Source: an uncultured virus (IMG/VR IMGVR_UViG_2061766007_000856) (Duplodnaviria > Heunggongvirae > Uroviricota > Caudoviricetes). Taken from it: 38,776 nucleotides of DNA. Below the pieces are notes generated by a model. It was given only the letters and a program-made list of their open reading frames with translations, had not been told where the DNA came from and did not search any database. The stretch lies in IMG/VR virus record IMGVR_UViG_2061766007_000856. The stretch is one strand, 5' to 3'. The position numbers were made by a program, and so were the translations under genes. Shown here piece after piece: positions 29,273 to 38,251 of the stretch. Each line of letters opens with the position of its first letter. Position 1 is the stretch's first letter.

Positions 29273-31296
29273 ATCTCTTTCCTGCGGTTAAACGCTATGG
29301 CTTGCTCGGTAGCTGCCACGTAGCTGATGATTCTATCCTCAATCTCGTGCCATTTCGGACTATCATAGGACACCATGTAGTCGGCTGAACACGAAGAACT
29401 GACCGGTACCTGCATCATCCCGAGCCGATATCTTCTACAAACCGCCGAGATAATCGGACCCATAGCGCTGCGGCATTCGCCCAGTACATTAAAATAGTGA
29501 ATTTCTTTAAGTTTGTCAAGCATTTCGCCCCGGACGGCAACAAATGGACCGTCAAGGACTTCAACCGGATTCATCCCGTTAACCCTTACCGACCCAAGCA
29601 CCATCTCGTTGCTTGCCGGGTTCAACCGGTACTTCTGGTAAAATCCGTAAGTGCGGGTGCATCTCGTCCACGTACCGTCAAACTGGGTAAACTCATATCC
29701 AAACGGAGCTACTGCCATTACTTCGCTAGGGACCTGCCGCAAAGTTTCATAAAGGTTGATATCGTTTATGAATGATGTCCCGGGGACAATTATTATCCAC
29801 TCCGGCAGCATCTTCACCTTGCGCATGATTGAATTTTCTATGCCCTGGCGTATCAGTCGGGTGGATGAATTCGGGGTAACCCGTCGCCTAAGCCTGAAAT
29901 CATGGTCACGGACAAATACAGCCAGGTCATATTTACCCAGTGACCTGTCCTTGTATATGTTGCAGCCGGCATTTGTGTAGACAAGGGAAATTATTTCCCT
30001 GTTCTCCGAGTATTTCAGCACATTGTCGCGGCGGAGAAGCAATTCCTTGGTCGGCTCGAATCCAAGCTCTACACGGATAGCTTCCTTTTCACGCTGTTTG
30101 TCGTTCTTGGCATTGACCACTTCACGTGCATGCTGTTCCTTGGCAAATTCCCTTTCAGAATACGCATTGTCCAACGCATATTCAATCGCATCAACGGCAG
30201 CATGCGTTATGACAGTCTTTGGCTTTGGAGTGGTAAAACGCTTCGGTTCCGGGTTCTTAATCGTCTTGCCTATGCGGATATTCGGATAATATTCGACACC
30301 CGATGCAATAATTTCCTCGACAGCCTTCTTGTCCCATCCACATATCTTCTTGAAGGCATCCTTCTTTTCCACAGGATCGCCATACTTGTCCACCAGCGGG
30401 CATTTGCCACGAAGACAGTTGTCAATCCACGCCTGACTTTTGCCAAAGATGTACTCGACATTCCTGGAGTTGTAATAAGGCTGCTTGCCGCTACCGTAAC
30501 AGCGTCCCTGCCAGCACTTGTTAATCAGCGCATCCAGCTTCGCCTTGCTGATGCCCCACTTTACCTTGCCATTTGCGGCAGTGTACTGCTCACACTTAAT
30601 GAGCTTTCCACGAACGGCATTCCTTGCTTCCGGAACCGCGCCACAGTATATTTCGGCAATGCTGCGGGACATGTATTCCGGGATGGGGTTTCTTCTAAAC
30701 TTGTGGCCGTTATCTACCCTAGCCTGAGAAAACTTGATTAGCGTTTCCTGCGAAACCTTGCGGATTTCATACTTCTTGCGCGGTTCAGCCTCAATACGCT
30801 TGCGCTTGAGCATGAACTTCATGTTGCTCATCTTGAACCCAAACAGAAGCGCAGCATCAGTAAACACCAGCGGTTCCCTGATATATTTCAGCAGATATAG
30901 GCGATCGAATGTGCGAAGAAATTCATCGGCATCCTGACGGTAGACACGCTTCTTTCCATTCGCGTTTAAGTGAACCTTGATGTCGCCCGCCCGCACATGC
31001 TTCACATATTTTGCAGGGCTATGGATATTCAGGTACACCATGGCCTCTTCCTGCGTCATCTCATACAGCGGATGGTCAGTTGATGCAGGCATCAGCCGAT
31101 ACCGCATGATTCGATGCTTGATTACCGAAGTCTTGTAAATCTTGTTGCCATGTTCATCCAGGCGAAACGGGACCATTTCGCACAGCTTAATCTTCCGGAC
31201 ATATTCGACATCCTTCTTGATGTAGGATGCAACCCACTTCTCGTCTACAAATTCCGGTTCAGGTTCATTCAGTTTCTTGATAAGTCGGTCAAGCAT
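29260..31296 (-). CDS. Multi-HTH (MerR/Xis-like) protein fused to a C-terminal degenerate GT-A/GT2-like domain (678 aa)
   Basis: About five ~50-aa winged-HTH-like repeats (e.g. MTQEEAMVYLNI..VRAGDIK..GKKRVYRQDADEFL); C-terminal WIIIVPGTSFIND and VEVLDGPFVAVRGEML resemble GT2-like proteins; overlaps neighbours on both sides. Confidence 0.6.
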   Translation of the reverse strand: MLDRLIKKLNEPEPEFVDEKWVASYIKKDVEYVRKIKLCEMVPFRLDEHGNKIYKTSVIKHRIMRYRLMPASTDHPLYEMTQEEAMVYLNIHSPAKYVKHVRAGDIKVHLNANGKKRVYRQDADEFLRTFDRLYLLKYIREPLVFTDAALLFGFKMSNMKFMLKRKRIEAEPRKKYEIRKVSQETLIKFSQARVDNGHKFRRNPIPEYMSRSIAEIYCGAVPEARNAVRGKLIKCEQYTAANGKVKWGISKAKLDALINKCWQGRCYGSGKQPYYNSRNVEYIFGKSQAWIDNCLRGKCPLVDKYGDPVEKKDAFKKICGWDKKAVEEIIASGVEYYPNIRIGKTIKNPEPKRFTTPKPKTVITHAAVDAIEYALDNAYSEREFAKEQHAREVVNAKNDKQREKEAIRVELGFEPTKELLLRRDNVLKYSENREIISLVYTNAGCNIYKDRSLGKYDLAVFVRDHDFRLRRRVTPNSSTRLIRQGIENSIMRKVKMLPEWIIIVPGTSFINDINLYETLRQVPSEVMAVAPFGYEFTQFDGTWTRCTRTYGFYQKYRLNPASNEMVLGSVRVNGMNPVEVLDGPFVAVRGEMLDKLKEIHYFNVLGECRSAMGPIISAVCRRYRLGMMQVPVSSSCSADYMVSYDSPKWHEIEDRIISYVAATEQAIAFNRRKEICKK

Positions 31297-32456
31297 TAGA
31301 AGTAAACCTCCGGCGTTACAGCAAGCTGCCGCCTGGCATTGGCTTCCTTACGGCGCTGCATGTCCTTTTTGTACTTTTCCTTGGCAACATTTCCATATTT
31401 CAGCATGAACAATATGTCGGAGCCGCCTGGCTGACGGGTACGCGCATCTATATATTCCTGCCGGACATACCCATCCGAATCAAGCGGCATGTTGGTGCCG
31501 TGTAGCACTTCGGCGTTGACATCCTTTTCATTGATGCCTTCCCAGTCAAACCACTTATACCCTAAATGGCATGATGCAGTTCGACCCTTGCGGCCAGCCT
31601 CGTCATTGTCCCATATGAACACGCAGTTTTCCTTGTTCTGGGCAATTTTAGGGTTGTCCATCAGAATTTCCTGCATGTGTTCGACACCGCCGATACCGAT
31701 TGCGTTCGGAATGAAAGTGGAGTCAATCGTTCCTTCCAGAATGTAGAACGGGCGGTCAAACCGGATAAAGTCAATATTGTAAGCCTCACGGCGTACACCC
31801 TTCCAGTTCAAATATCGGGTAGGGTTGTTCGGATCAATGGCGCGGGCATCAAACTGTGTCCATTTGCCACCAAAATGGTAAAACGGTATAATGATACGGT
31901 TCTTATACTCGTTACCGACCGGTCTTCCGGTATTCGGGTTTATAATCAGGTTTCCCTTTTCGTCCCTATGGAGAAACTGGTTCCCTTCCTGGCAAACATA
32001 CCACTTCTCGAATACTTCGGGGCGAATCTTTCTTTTCCTGCATTCAGCCAGGCCAGCCTGTGCCAGCGGGTGATTTGCCGTAATAGGAAGGAGCTCGCCA
32101 TCCACGAACGGCAATTCCGGAGAAAGTTCCACCCGTTCTTCTTTCGGCTTCTCCTTTCGCGTACCTTCATGCCCCATTTCACCAAATGCGGCATATATTA
32201 GCCTTTTGTAAGCTTCGCGGTCAGTCTGCTTCAAATAATAGGCAAACGGCATAGAACAGGGACACTTGAAGCAGATATACTTCCACGTGTCCTTATAAAT
32301 CCAGGCCTTCCGCTTGTTTGGAAAACGCATGTCGCCACAGTTCGGGCACACGAACTCATAATGGTCAGAACGTTCTTTCAGGTTCTGGGTCCCGTAAAGT
32401 TCATGAATGAACTGGTCATACACCGCAGCGGGTATTTCTGAATAATCAACAGCCAT
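31296..32456 (-). CDS. DNA primase (T4 gp61-like, DnaG-type TOPRIM)
   Basis: Zn finger CPNCGD...YICFKC; RIIIPF; TOPRIM YILEGTIDS and WDNDEAG; KDVN; alternative TTG start at 32471. Confidence 0.93.
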   Translation of the reverse strand: MAVDYSEIPAAVYDQFIHELYGTQNLKERSDHYEFVCPNCGDMRFPNKRKAWIYKDTWKYICFKCPCSMPFAYYLKQTDREAYKRLIYAAFGEMGHEGTRKEKPKEERVELSPELPFVDGELLPITANHPLAQAGLAECRKRKIRPEVFEKWYVCQEGNQFLHRDEKGNLIINPNTGRPVGNEYKNRIIIPFYHFGGKWTQFDARAIDPNNPTRYLNWKGVRREAYNIDFIRFDRPFYILEGTIDSTFIPNAIGIGGVEHMQEILMDNPKIAQNKENCVFIWDNDEAGRKGRTASCHLGYKWFDWEGINEKDVNAEVLHGTNMPLDSDGYVRQEYIDARTRQPGGSDILFMLKYGNVAKEKYKKDMQRRKEANARRQLAVTPEVYF

Positions 32457-32473
32457 TAAATAAACACTCAATG

Positions 32474-32504
32474 AAAAACGGCACCGTCAATGACGATGCC
32501 GTTT
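32474..32504 (-). terminator. Intrinsic terminator/attenuator between the SSB and primase genes
   Basis: Minus strand aaacggcatcgtca-t-tgacggtgccgttt-tt. Confidence 0.75.
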
Positions 32505-32519
32505 CGAACTAGACAATTG

Positions 32520-34094
32520 CTAGAAAGGTAAATCCGCGTCGTCATCAACCTGGATGGTCGTGGCCGCAGGTGCACCACCAACCGGAGCGTTACCGAATGG
32601 AGTCGGCTGCGGTGCAGGTGCTGCAGGCGGGGTATATGCAGCCGGCTGAGCCGGAGCTGCGCCCGGAACACCAAACTGCGGGGCTGCCTGCGGAGTCGGA
32701 GCACCAAAGTTGGCCTGCGGAGCTGCTGTCGGGGCTACAAATGCACTCTGCTGAACAGGAGCCGCTGCCGGAGCCGCTGCTGGAGCCGCAAACTGCGGTG
32801 TCGGAGCTGCAAACTGCGGTGCCGCCTGAGGAGCTGCAAATGCACTCGGCTGGCCAGGTGCTACACCCGGTGCCGCAAATGCGCTCGGCTGTGAAGGAGC
32901 TGCTGCCGGATTCACGTATGCACTCTGCTGAGGCTGAGGTTGTGCATAGTTCGGTGCAGACGGGTTATTGAAGAATGCACCGGCGTTACCGACAGTAGTC
33001 TTCGGCTGAGGCGGAACATAGGCACTCGGCGTAGCAGCCGGCATAGTGCCACCCTGGCCCGGCTGAGCAAACTGCTGGCCAAACGGGGCAGGCTGTTGAT
33101 AAGCCGGATAGCCGTTAGCTGCAATGTTGTTATTGTTGTCCACGGCCTGTGCAGGAGCACCATCGTAGGCAGCATAGAAGCTGCGGGTGACACCTTCCAA
33201 TTCTTCGGAAGACTTCGGCTGAAGTTCGTACTTGGAAAGGTCATGGCACTGGTTGAGGTACTGCATGATGCCTTCATCATTGTTGGCAAGCGGAGTTGGC
33301 ATCGGATCGAATTCGGAAGCATCCCACACAGCAGCACCCTTATGGGTACCCCATGCCTTGGTGGTGTCCCATGTACCCTTCAAGTGGAATACTGCACCGG
33401 TGAGGACATTCCAAGGAACACCGACATACTTAGCCGTACTGGTGTACTGCTGCTTGGCCTGGCCATTCTTGTTGACATTGCGTTCCGGCAATGCAGCCAT
33501 GACCTTGTCCCACTGCTTTGTCTTGGCGTGCCAAATCTTAATCTGGCCGTTGTTTTCCGGGTGAACGAAGTCATTGATAACAAGAACGTTCACGTAGATG
33601 TCATCAACGGAGAGGTTGCCGGAAATACCGGAATCCTTGGCTGCCTGTTCACCATAAGTGTTCTTGATTTTGTAGTAACGGTCCCACGTTTCCTTGCAGA
33701 GCGGGCAATAAGCCTTGCCATACTTTGCGTTCGGGTCGGGGATGTTTCCGCGACAGATGATCGGGCCTTCGCCCCAACGCTGACCATCGCGCTTCTTAAG
33801 ATAATGCTTTTTGCAATTGACGTGAGGCCAAAGATTGTTCTGGACACCGGCAAGTCCTCTCGGGAGGATGCGGATGATGGCTTCAACGCTTTCGTGCTGT
33901 GCGTCGCACTGAAGTTGCCATTCGTTCGGGTCTGCGGGAGCGCCTTGTCCTGCCGGAGTTTCCGGAACGCCACCCATGCCTGCGAACATGGAATTAAACT
34001 GAGGAGCGGCACCTGGCTGAGTGAACTGAGGCTGAGCAAACTGCTGCTGCCCGCCAATGCCGAATTGATTCTGCTGAGGAATATTTTGATCCAT
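32520..34094 (-). CDS. Single-stranded DNA-binding protein, T4 gp32-like, with long Pro/Ala/Gln linker and DDDADLPF tail (524 aa)
   Basis: AIIRILP, CPLC and YVNVLVINDFVHPENNGQIKIW (gp32 ANILVVKDP..PENEGKV), WDASEF; AAGGA SD. Confidence 0.88.
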   Translation of the reverse strand: MDQNIPQQNQFGIGGQQQFAQPQFTQPGAAPQFNSMFAGMGGVPETPAGQGAPADPNEWQLQCDAQHESVEAIIRILPRGLAGVQNNLWPHVNCKKHYLKKRDGQRWGEGPIICRGNIPDPNAKYGKAYCPLCKETWDRYYKIKNTYGEQAAKDSGISGNLSVDDIYVNVLVINDFVHPENNGQIKIWHAKTKQWDKVMAALPERNVNKNGQAKQQYTSTAKYVGVPWNVLTGAVFHLKGTWDTTKAWGTHKGAAVWDASEFDPMPTPLANNDEGIMQYLNQCHDLSKYELQPKSSEELEGVTRSFYAAYDGAPAQAVDNNNNIAANGYPAYQQPAPFGQQFAQPGQGGTMPAATPSAYVPPQPKTTVGNAGAFFNNPSAPNYAQPQPQQSAYVNPAAAPSQPSAFAAPGVAPGQPSAFAAPQAAPQFAAPTPQFAAPAAAPAAAPVQQSAFVAPTAAPQANFGAPTPQAAPQFGVPGAAPAQPAAYTPPAAPAPQPTPFGNAPVGGAPAATTIQVDDDADLPF

Positions 34095-34161
34095 AAGTTA
34101 TCCTTATTTCTAGTTCTTGATGCTAAATTGCTGCTAGTATCTGCTAATATCTTCTATCCAC

Positions 34162-34169
34162 AGTTTATA
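34162..34169 (-). promoter_or_regulatory. Putative late promoter TATAAACT upstream of the SSB gene
   Basis: Exact motif ~68 nt upstream of ATG 34094. Confidence 0.55.
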
Positions 34170-34196
34170 AGTAGGAGCACTTTTCGCACCCATCAT

Positions 34197-34211
34197 AAAA
34201 TGTAGCAAAAA
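34197..34211 (-). promoter_or_regulatory. Putative early promoter TTTTTGCTACATTTT
   Basis: Variant of the TTTTTGCTATATTT motif at 23612 and 38211, directly after a terminator hairpin. Confidence 0.5.
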
Positions 34212-34234
34212 GAAAGGCGGTTTGTAGACCGCCT
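34207..34234 (-). terminator. Intrinsic terminator after the 210-aa gene
   Basis: Minus strand aggcggt-ctacaa-accgcct-ttctttt. Confidence 0.65.
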
Positions 34235-34263
34235 GATGAAATTTTTCACATGTAAATATATTT

Positions 34264-34896
34264 TTACTTTGCTTCCGGCTTATGATACGTAATCCTGGCG
34301 TTTACCTCGGCATCATTGACCGCAGCAGTAACGATTTCTTCCATGTTATCCGGGAGGACAAAGTCTTCACCGTATTCCTCCTCGAACGCCATGGCGCATT
34401 CCTTCATGACATCCTCGAATTCCCAGCCAATGCACTTGGCCGCAACATTCTGGATAATGGCCAAGTCGATAACCTTCTTAGCCTCGTCATCCAAGTCGGA
34501 TGTCTGGGAATCGTCCACGTTCGGATTATAGGTTTCCGGGATGTACTTGTTGCCGTTTTCATCGGTAACAAACATATCCTTGGTTTCCTGGTCGGTAAGC
34601 TCATGCGCCTCAGTGACAACATCGGCATCAGTCTCGTACTCGGGCGCACGGGCGATGTAGCTCTTGCCGAGCATCGGGTTGTCACGTTCCTCGCGCAACT
34701 TTGCGAGCCACTTTTCTCTATAAACCGTCGGGAGGTTCTGATGGCTGCCGTACACACCATCCTGTGCATTAAGGAGCATCAAGCTGGTACTCTTGATTTC
34801 CTTGTTGCGTTCTTCAGCCTCGCGTTCCAGGGTTTCCTGGATTTCCTTCACTACGGCGCCATGTCCCGGAAAGTGATACTTACTCATCCTCGTCAT
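34264..34896 (-). CDS. Hypothetical acidic protein (~210 aa)
   Basis: ORF overlapping the upstream gene end; GAGGA SD; alternative ATG at 34887. Confidence 0.8.
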   Translation of the reverse strand: MTRMSKYHFPGHGAVVKEIQETLEREAEERNKEIKSTSLMLLNAQDGVYGSHQNLPTVYREKWLAKLREERDNPMLGKSYIARAPEYETDADVVTEAHELTDQETKDMFVTDENGNKYIPETYNPNVDDSQTSDLDDEAKKVIDLAIIQNVAAKCIGWEFEDVMKECAMAFEEEYGEDFVLPDNMEEIVTAAVNDAEVNARITYHKPEAK

Positions 34897-35386
34897 CCTC
34901 CGCTACCATGTCCATCATGGCGTTAAATTTTGCATCCTCGTCGTCATCGGGATCAATCTGCGGCTGGGGTCTAGGAATGTCAAAATTCAGCTCACCCTTC
35001 TTCACCTGTTCATTGACCCGCTCAAGCTCCTCGACAGAAATCTCAATCCCCTGTTCGGCAGCAATCATGAGCTTGATGTCGTTATCTACAAGCGGGCCAA
35101 GCTTTGTAGACTCGACCACACTCTCAATCGCGCACAGGATTGTGAGCATGGTGACGCCATATTCCTTGTACCGGTCATACACGACATGGATTGCTTCGTT
35201 CAGCTTGGCCCTGCCTTTCTTGAGGTACGATTCCGGCATTGTAAGGACAATGGCCATGTCGCCATCATATCTCGGTGGGGAGCTTAAAAATTTGTTGATT
35301 TCACTGACAAGAAGCTCGGTTTCAGCTTCCTTGCTCAAGTTTACCGCGCTAGACGGGTCATTAGAATCAGTGTTCAGATGGAGCAT
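34880..35386 (-). CDS. Hypothetical protein (168 aa); weak resemblance to T4 gp33 late-transcription coactivator
   Basis: AGGA SD; segment YGVTMLTILCAIESVVESTKLGPLVDNDIKLMIAAE; position just upstream of the gp32-like gene. Confidence 0.55.
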   Translation of the reverse strand: MLHLNTDSNDPSSAVNLSKEAETELLVSEINKFLSSPPRYDGDMAIVLTMPESYLKKGRAKLNEAIHVVYDRYKEYGVTMLTILCAIESVVESTKLGPLVDNDIKLMIAAEQGIEISVEELERVNEQVKKGELNFDIPRPQPQIDPDDDEDAKFNAMMDMVAEDDEDE

Positions 35387-35431
35387 AATGTTTCCTATTT
35401 ATTACCTACGAGAAACTACTCCATTTGAGCA

Positions 35432-36190
35432 CTATTTAGCGGCCCTTTTTGGCTTTCGACGTTTTGCGGCAGCCTCCTGGTCAAACATCATGTCCGAACG
35501 GAGAGCCAGGTCATAATCAAGAAGGCACCTGGTCTTCTTTTTCTTCCCGGACGACGGCTTGGAGGTATAGCGCATGAGCGCGAGGGTATCCGGTTCCAGT
35601 GACTCAGGTCCAAGTACGTCAAACTTGATATGATTTCGCAAGATTTCACACATCCAGAACGCATCGCAAAAGTCGGAATGCGGACTCGCGAACTGCTCCA
35701 ATGTATCAAAGTATGGATAGTAAAACTGTGGATAGATTTCCTTCACCGCCTGGCACATTGCCGGCTTTTTCGCACCGCCGCTACCGGTGGCAAAATGCTT
35801 AATCTGCGGAATGCCGTAAGTAATGATGCCCTTGCCCTGCATGAAGAAATGGTAGCGGACACCTCCGCAAAACTCGCCGATCTGGAAAATCGCGTTGCTT
35901 CCCTGCCGTTCGGCTTCTTCGTAGGCATAGTCCTCGAAGGAAATGTACTTCACGTCCTCCATATCCTTGTTGAGCAAGGTATAGGCGCGTTCCATCCTGG
36001 CCATCATCGGAAGCTTTGTGTAATCCGTACCGAGGGCGTAGATATGAACATGCTCCTCGTCATGAAGATAGCACAACTTGGAGCTATATCCATAATAATC
36101 GACTGATTTGATGTCAAGCGTAGCGTCGTCAAGGTCCATTATGACCTTGCCCGACGAATTCATTGATGGGTCTATTCCGGCAATCTTCAT
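35432..36190 (-). CDS. ruvC: RuvC-like Holliday junction resolvase (RNase H fold)
   Basis: MKIAGIDPS, ISFEDY, IKHFATGSGGAKK and DFCDAF catalytic pattern. Confidence 0.88.
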   Translation of the reverse strand: MKIAGIDPSMNSSGKVIMDLDDATLDIKSVDYYGYSSKLCYLHDEEHVHIYALGTDYTKLPMMARMERAYTLLNKDMEDVKYISFEDYAYEEAERQGSNAIFQIGEFCGGVRYHFFMQGKGIITYGIPQIKHFATGSGGAKKPAMCQAVKEIYPQFYYPYFDTLEQFASPHSDFCDAFWMCEILRNHIKFDVLGPESLEPDTLALMRYTSKPSSGKKKKTRCLLDYDLALRSDMMFDQEAAAKRRKPKRAAK

Positions 36191-36199
36191 ACCGGAAAA

Positions 36200-37152
36200 C
36201 TAAATCATACTGGCAACCCGTTCACCCGGCCTTGAAGGCAACTGCTCCTGTGGGGCGGACTGCTGTGCCTTCGGTGGCGGTGGAGGCGCAGCTCCGCGTT
36301 TTGGTGGGCGCGGGCCGCGTGACATCATCTGGTTGGCCATGACCGCATCCGCTTCAGTGCGAAGTTCCTGATAATGGGTGAGTTCGTCTTGTGTCGCATC
36401 AAACCACTTCATCCGCATGAAGTCGCAACGGGTTTGGAAAATGTCGGAATTTCTACCAAAACGGTTCTTCATGAACTCATGGTAGAACATGCCGCATTCA
36501 CGCAACACGGAGTCGGACTTGATTGAAATCATCACGTCAGCCGTTTCCGTATAGCCAGAAGAACCCTGCACGGCTTCGATACCCGCATCGAGTGAATTAT
36601 ATCCCAAACGGTTGAACTGCACTGCGGAAATACCGGCGATATTGCGTTCAATGAGGAAATCTCGTATCTGTTCCGCCTTGGCAACACCGTCAAGATACAT
36701 GCTACGCTGTTCGGCTGCAGAAAGACCTGGCTTCATGATGCCGATGTAGTCAATCACCAGGAGATCAAGCTTGCCATAGGTAGCTTCGAACTGGTCAACG
36801 TACATTTCGATATCGGCAGGCGTAGTTGTCGTCTTCAAGCGCTTCACTTGCAGGTTGCCATGAACGCCATCGCCCTGGTTTGCACGAAGCTTCGCATCAA
36901 TCTTCGCTCGGCATTCTTCCTCGGTCATCTGCAGGATTTCCGGCATGGTCGCATCGCATAGGTTAGCGGCCAATCGCTGCCATAGATAGTCTTCAGCAAG
37001 TTCGAGGGAAATATAGAGAACGTTATACCCACAAGAGTATGCAAATACAGATTCATTGCCAAGGATAAGGCTCTTACCGACGTTCGGCTGGCCAACATAT
37101 AGAGTAAGCGTCTTGCGATAATAACCGCCACACCTGATGGTACCATCGGCTT
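36200..37152 (-). CDS. Replicative DNA helicase (gp41/DnaB-like), C-terminal ATPase part; gene split by assembly gaps
   Basis: Walker A GQPNVGKS, YISLEL, Walker B LLVIDYIG, SAVQFNR, TAD, MKNRFG. Confidence 0.92.
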
Positions 37153-37162
37153 NNNNNNNNNN

Positions 37163-37276
37163 GAACTCGCCAATCTGGAAAATCGCGTTGCTTCCCTGCC
37201 GTTCGGCTTCTTCATAGGCATAGTCTTCGAAGGAAATGTACTTCACGTCCTCCATATCCTTGTTGAGCAAGGTATA
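37163..37276 (-). repeat. Gap-flanked allelic duplicate of ruvC 35870-35983 (assembly artefact)
   Basis: 114-nt copy with about four substitutions, translating identically. Confidence 0.9.
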
Positions 37277-37286
37277 NNNNNNNNNN

Positions 37287-37472
37287 AAGATCAAGCTTGC
37301 CATAGGTAGCTTCGAACTGGTCAACATACATTTCGATATCAGCAGGCGTAGTCGTCGTCTTCAAACGCTTCACTTGCAGGTTGCCATGAACACCATCGCC
37401 CTGGTTTGCACGAAGCTTCGCGTCAATCTTCGCTCGGCATTCTTCCTCGGTCATCTGCAGGATTTCCGGCAT
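37287..37472 (-). repeat. Gap-flanked allelic duplicate of helicase 36761-36946 (assembly artefact)
   Basis: 186-nt copy with third-position substitutions and identical translation. Confidence 0.9.
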
Positions 37473-37482
37473 NNNNNNNNNN

Positions 37483-38169
37483 AATTTCGTTAATTGCGGA
37501 AGGAATGCATTCCCTGCGTTCCTTCAACAGTGCCAGTGCCGTCCCGATGTCGGAATAAACGTTTAGACCAAGGTTGGTATGGAGGGAGAAGTTTACAGCT
37601 TCTTTAAGCTTGGGGAGGAGACCGTTGATGCCATCGACATGTCTGTCATGGACGTTTTCAGCGGCATTTATGAGGATATTCTCCGTCATTCGTTCGCGGA
37701 AATATCCTTCCAGAATCTCGATAAGGTAATCTTGCCGGACACCGACCATCGGTGTGTTGCAGATGTATCCGAGTTTTTGAACCAGCTGTTCAGAGAAACC
37801 GGTCGAGCCCATGCCCAATATAAGTTCCTGGGCGCTAGGACTGCGTTTATGTTTCTTGTCGAACTTGTTGATTACTTTGACAAGTGCCTGGTTAACCGGA
37901 TCCAAGAACATGCTAGTGTTCAGATACGGCCTAAGCTTAGGGCCAATCACATTGTCATTGAAGAAGGTTCTGAGAATTAAGTCTTCCCTGCTCAGCTGTA
38001 TTACAGGGACCGCCCTGGCATTAGTTGAGGCCGGGTCCCATGCGGGAGGGAGAGCTGCCGCTAGAGCATCTGGCTGTGTAGGAACGACCACCTGCTGTGC
38101 TGGATTCATTACCGGCTGAACCGGCTGGAAAGGTGGAGGTAACATGTTTTCATTCACGGTTTCTGGCAT
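37483..38169 (-). CDS. Replicative helicase, N-terminal part (gp41-like)
   Basis: EDLILRTFF..LRPYL...F.D..NQ.L...I..F..K..R.PS..EL and LKEAVNFSLHTNLGLN match the gp41 N-domain pattern; same strand and adjacent to the ATPase part. Confidence 0.8.
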
Positions 38170-38210
38170 AAGTCAATCACAACGCATAAAAATCACAATT
38201 CATTACATTC

Positions 38211-38226
38211 GGAAATATAGCAAAAA
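38211..38226 (-). promoter_or_regulatory. Putative early promoter TTTTTGCTATATTTCC upstream of the helicase
   Basis: Identical to 23612-23627. Confidence 0.6.
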
Positions 38227-38251
38227 TATACTAAACCAATCACGAAATAAA

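Noticed and set aside
32940..34205. Long antisense ORFs (e.g. 421 aa here; also 4551-5573, 6045-7034, 16356-17360, 19581-20876)
   Set aside because: Shadows of real genes on the opposite strand; no SD or motif, atypical composition
36200..37327. ORF-track 375-aa product appearing to fuse RuvC sequence to the helicase
   Set aside because: It reads through N gaps; 37163-37276 is an allelic duplicate of ruvC, so the fusion is an artefact
37163..37472. Diversity-generating retroelement TR/VR pairs
   Set aside because: Differences are synonymous and not adenine-specific; no reverse transcriptase in the window
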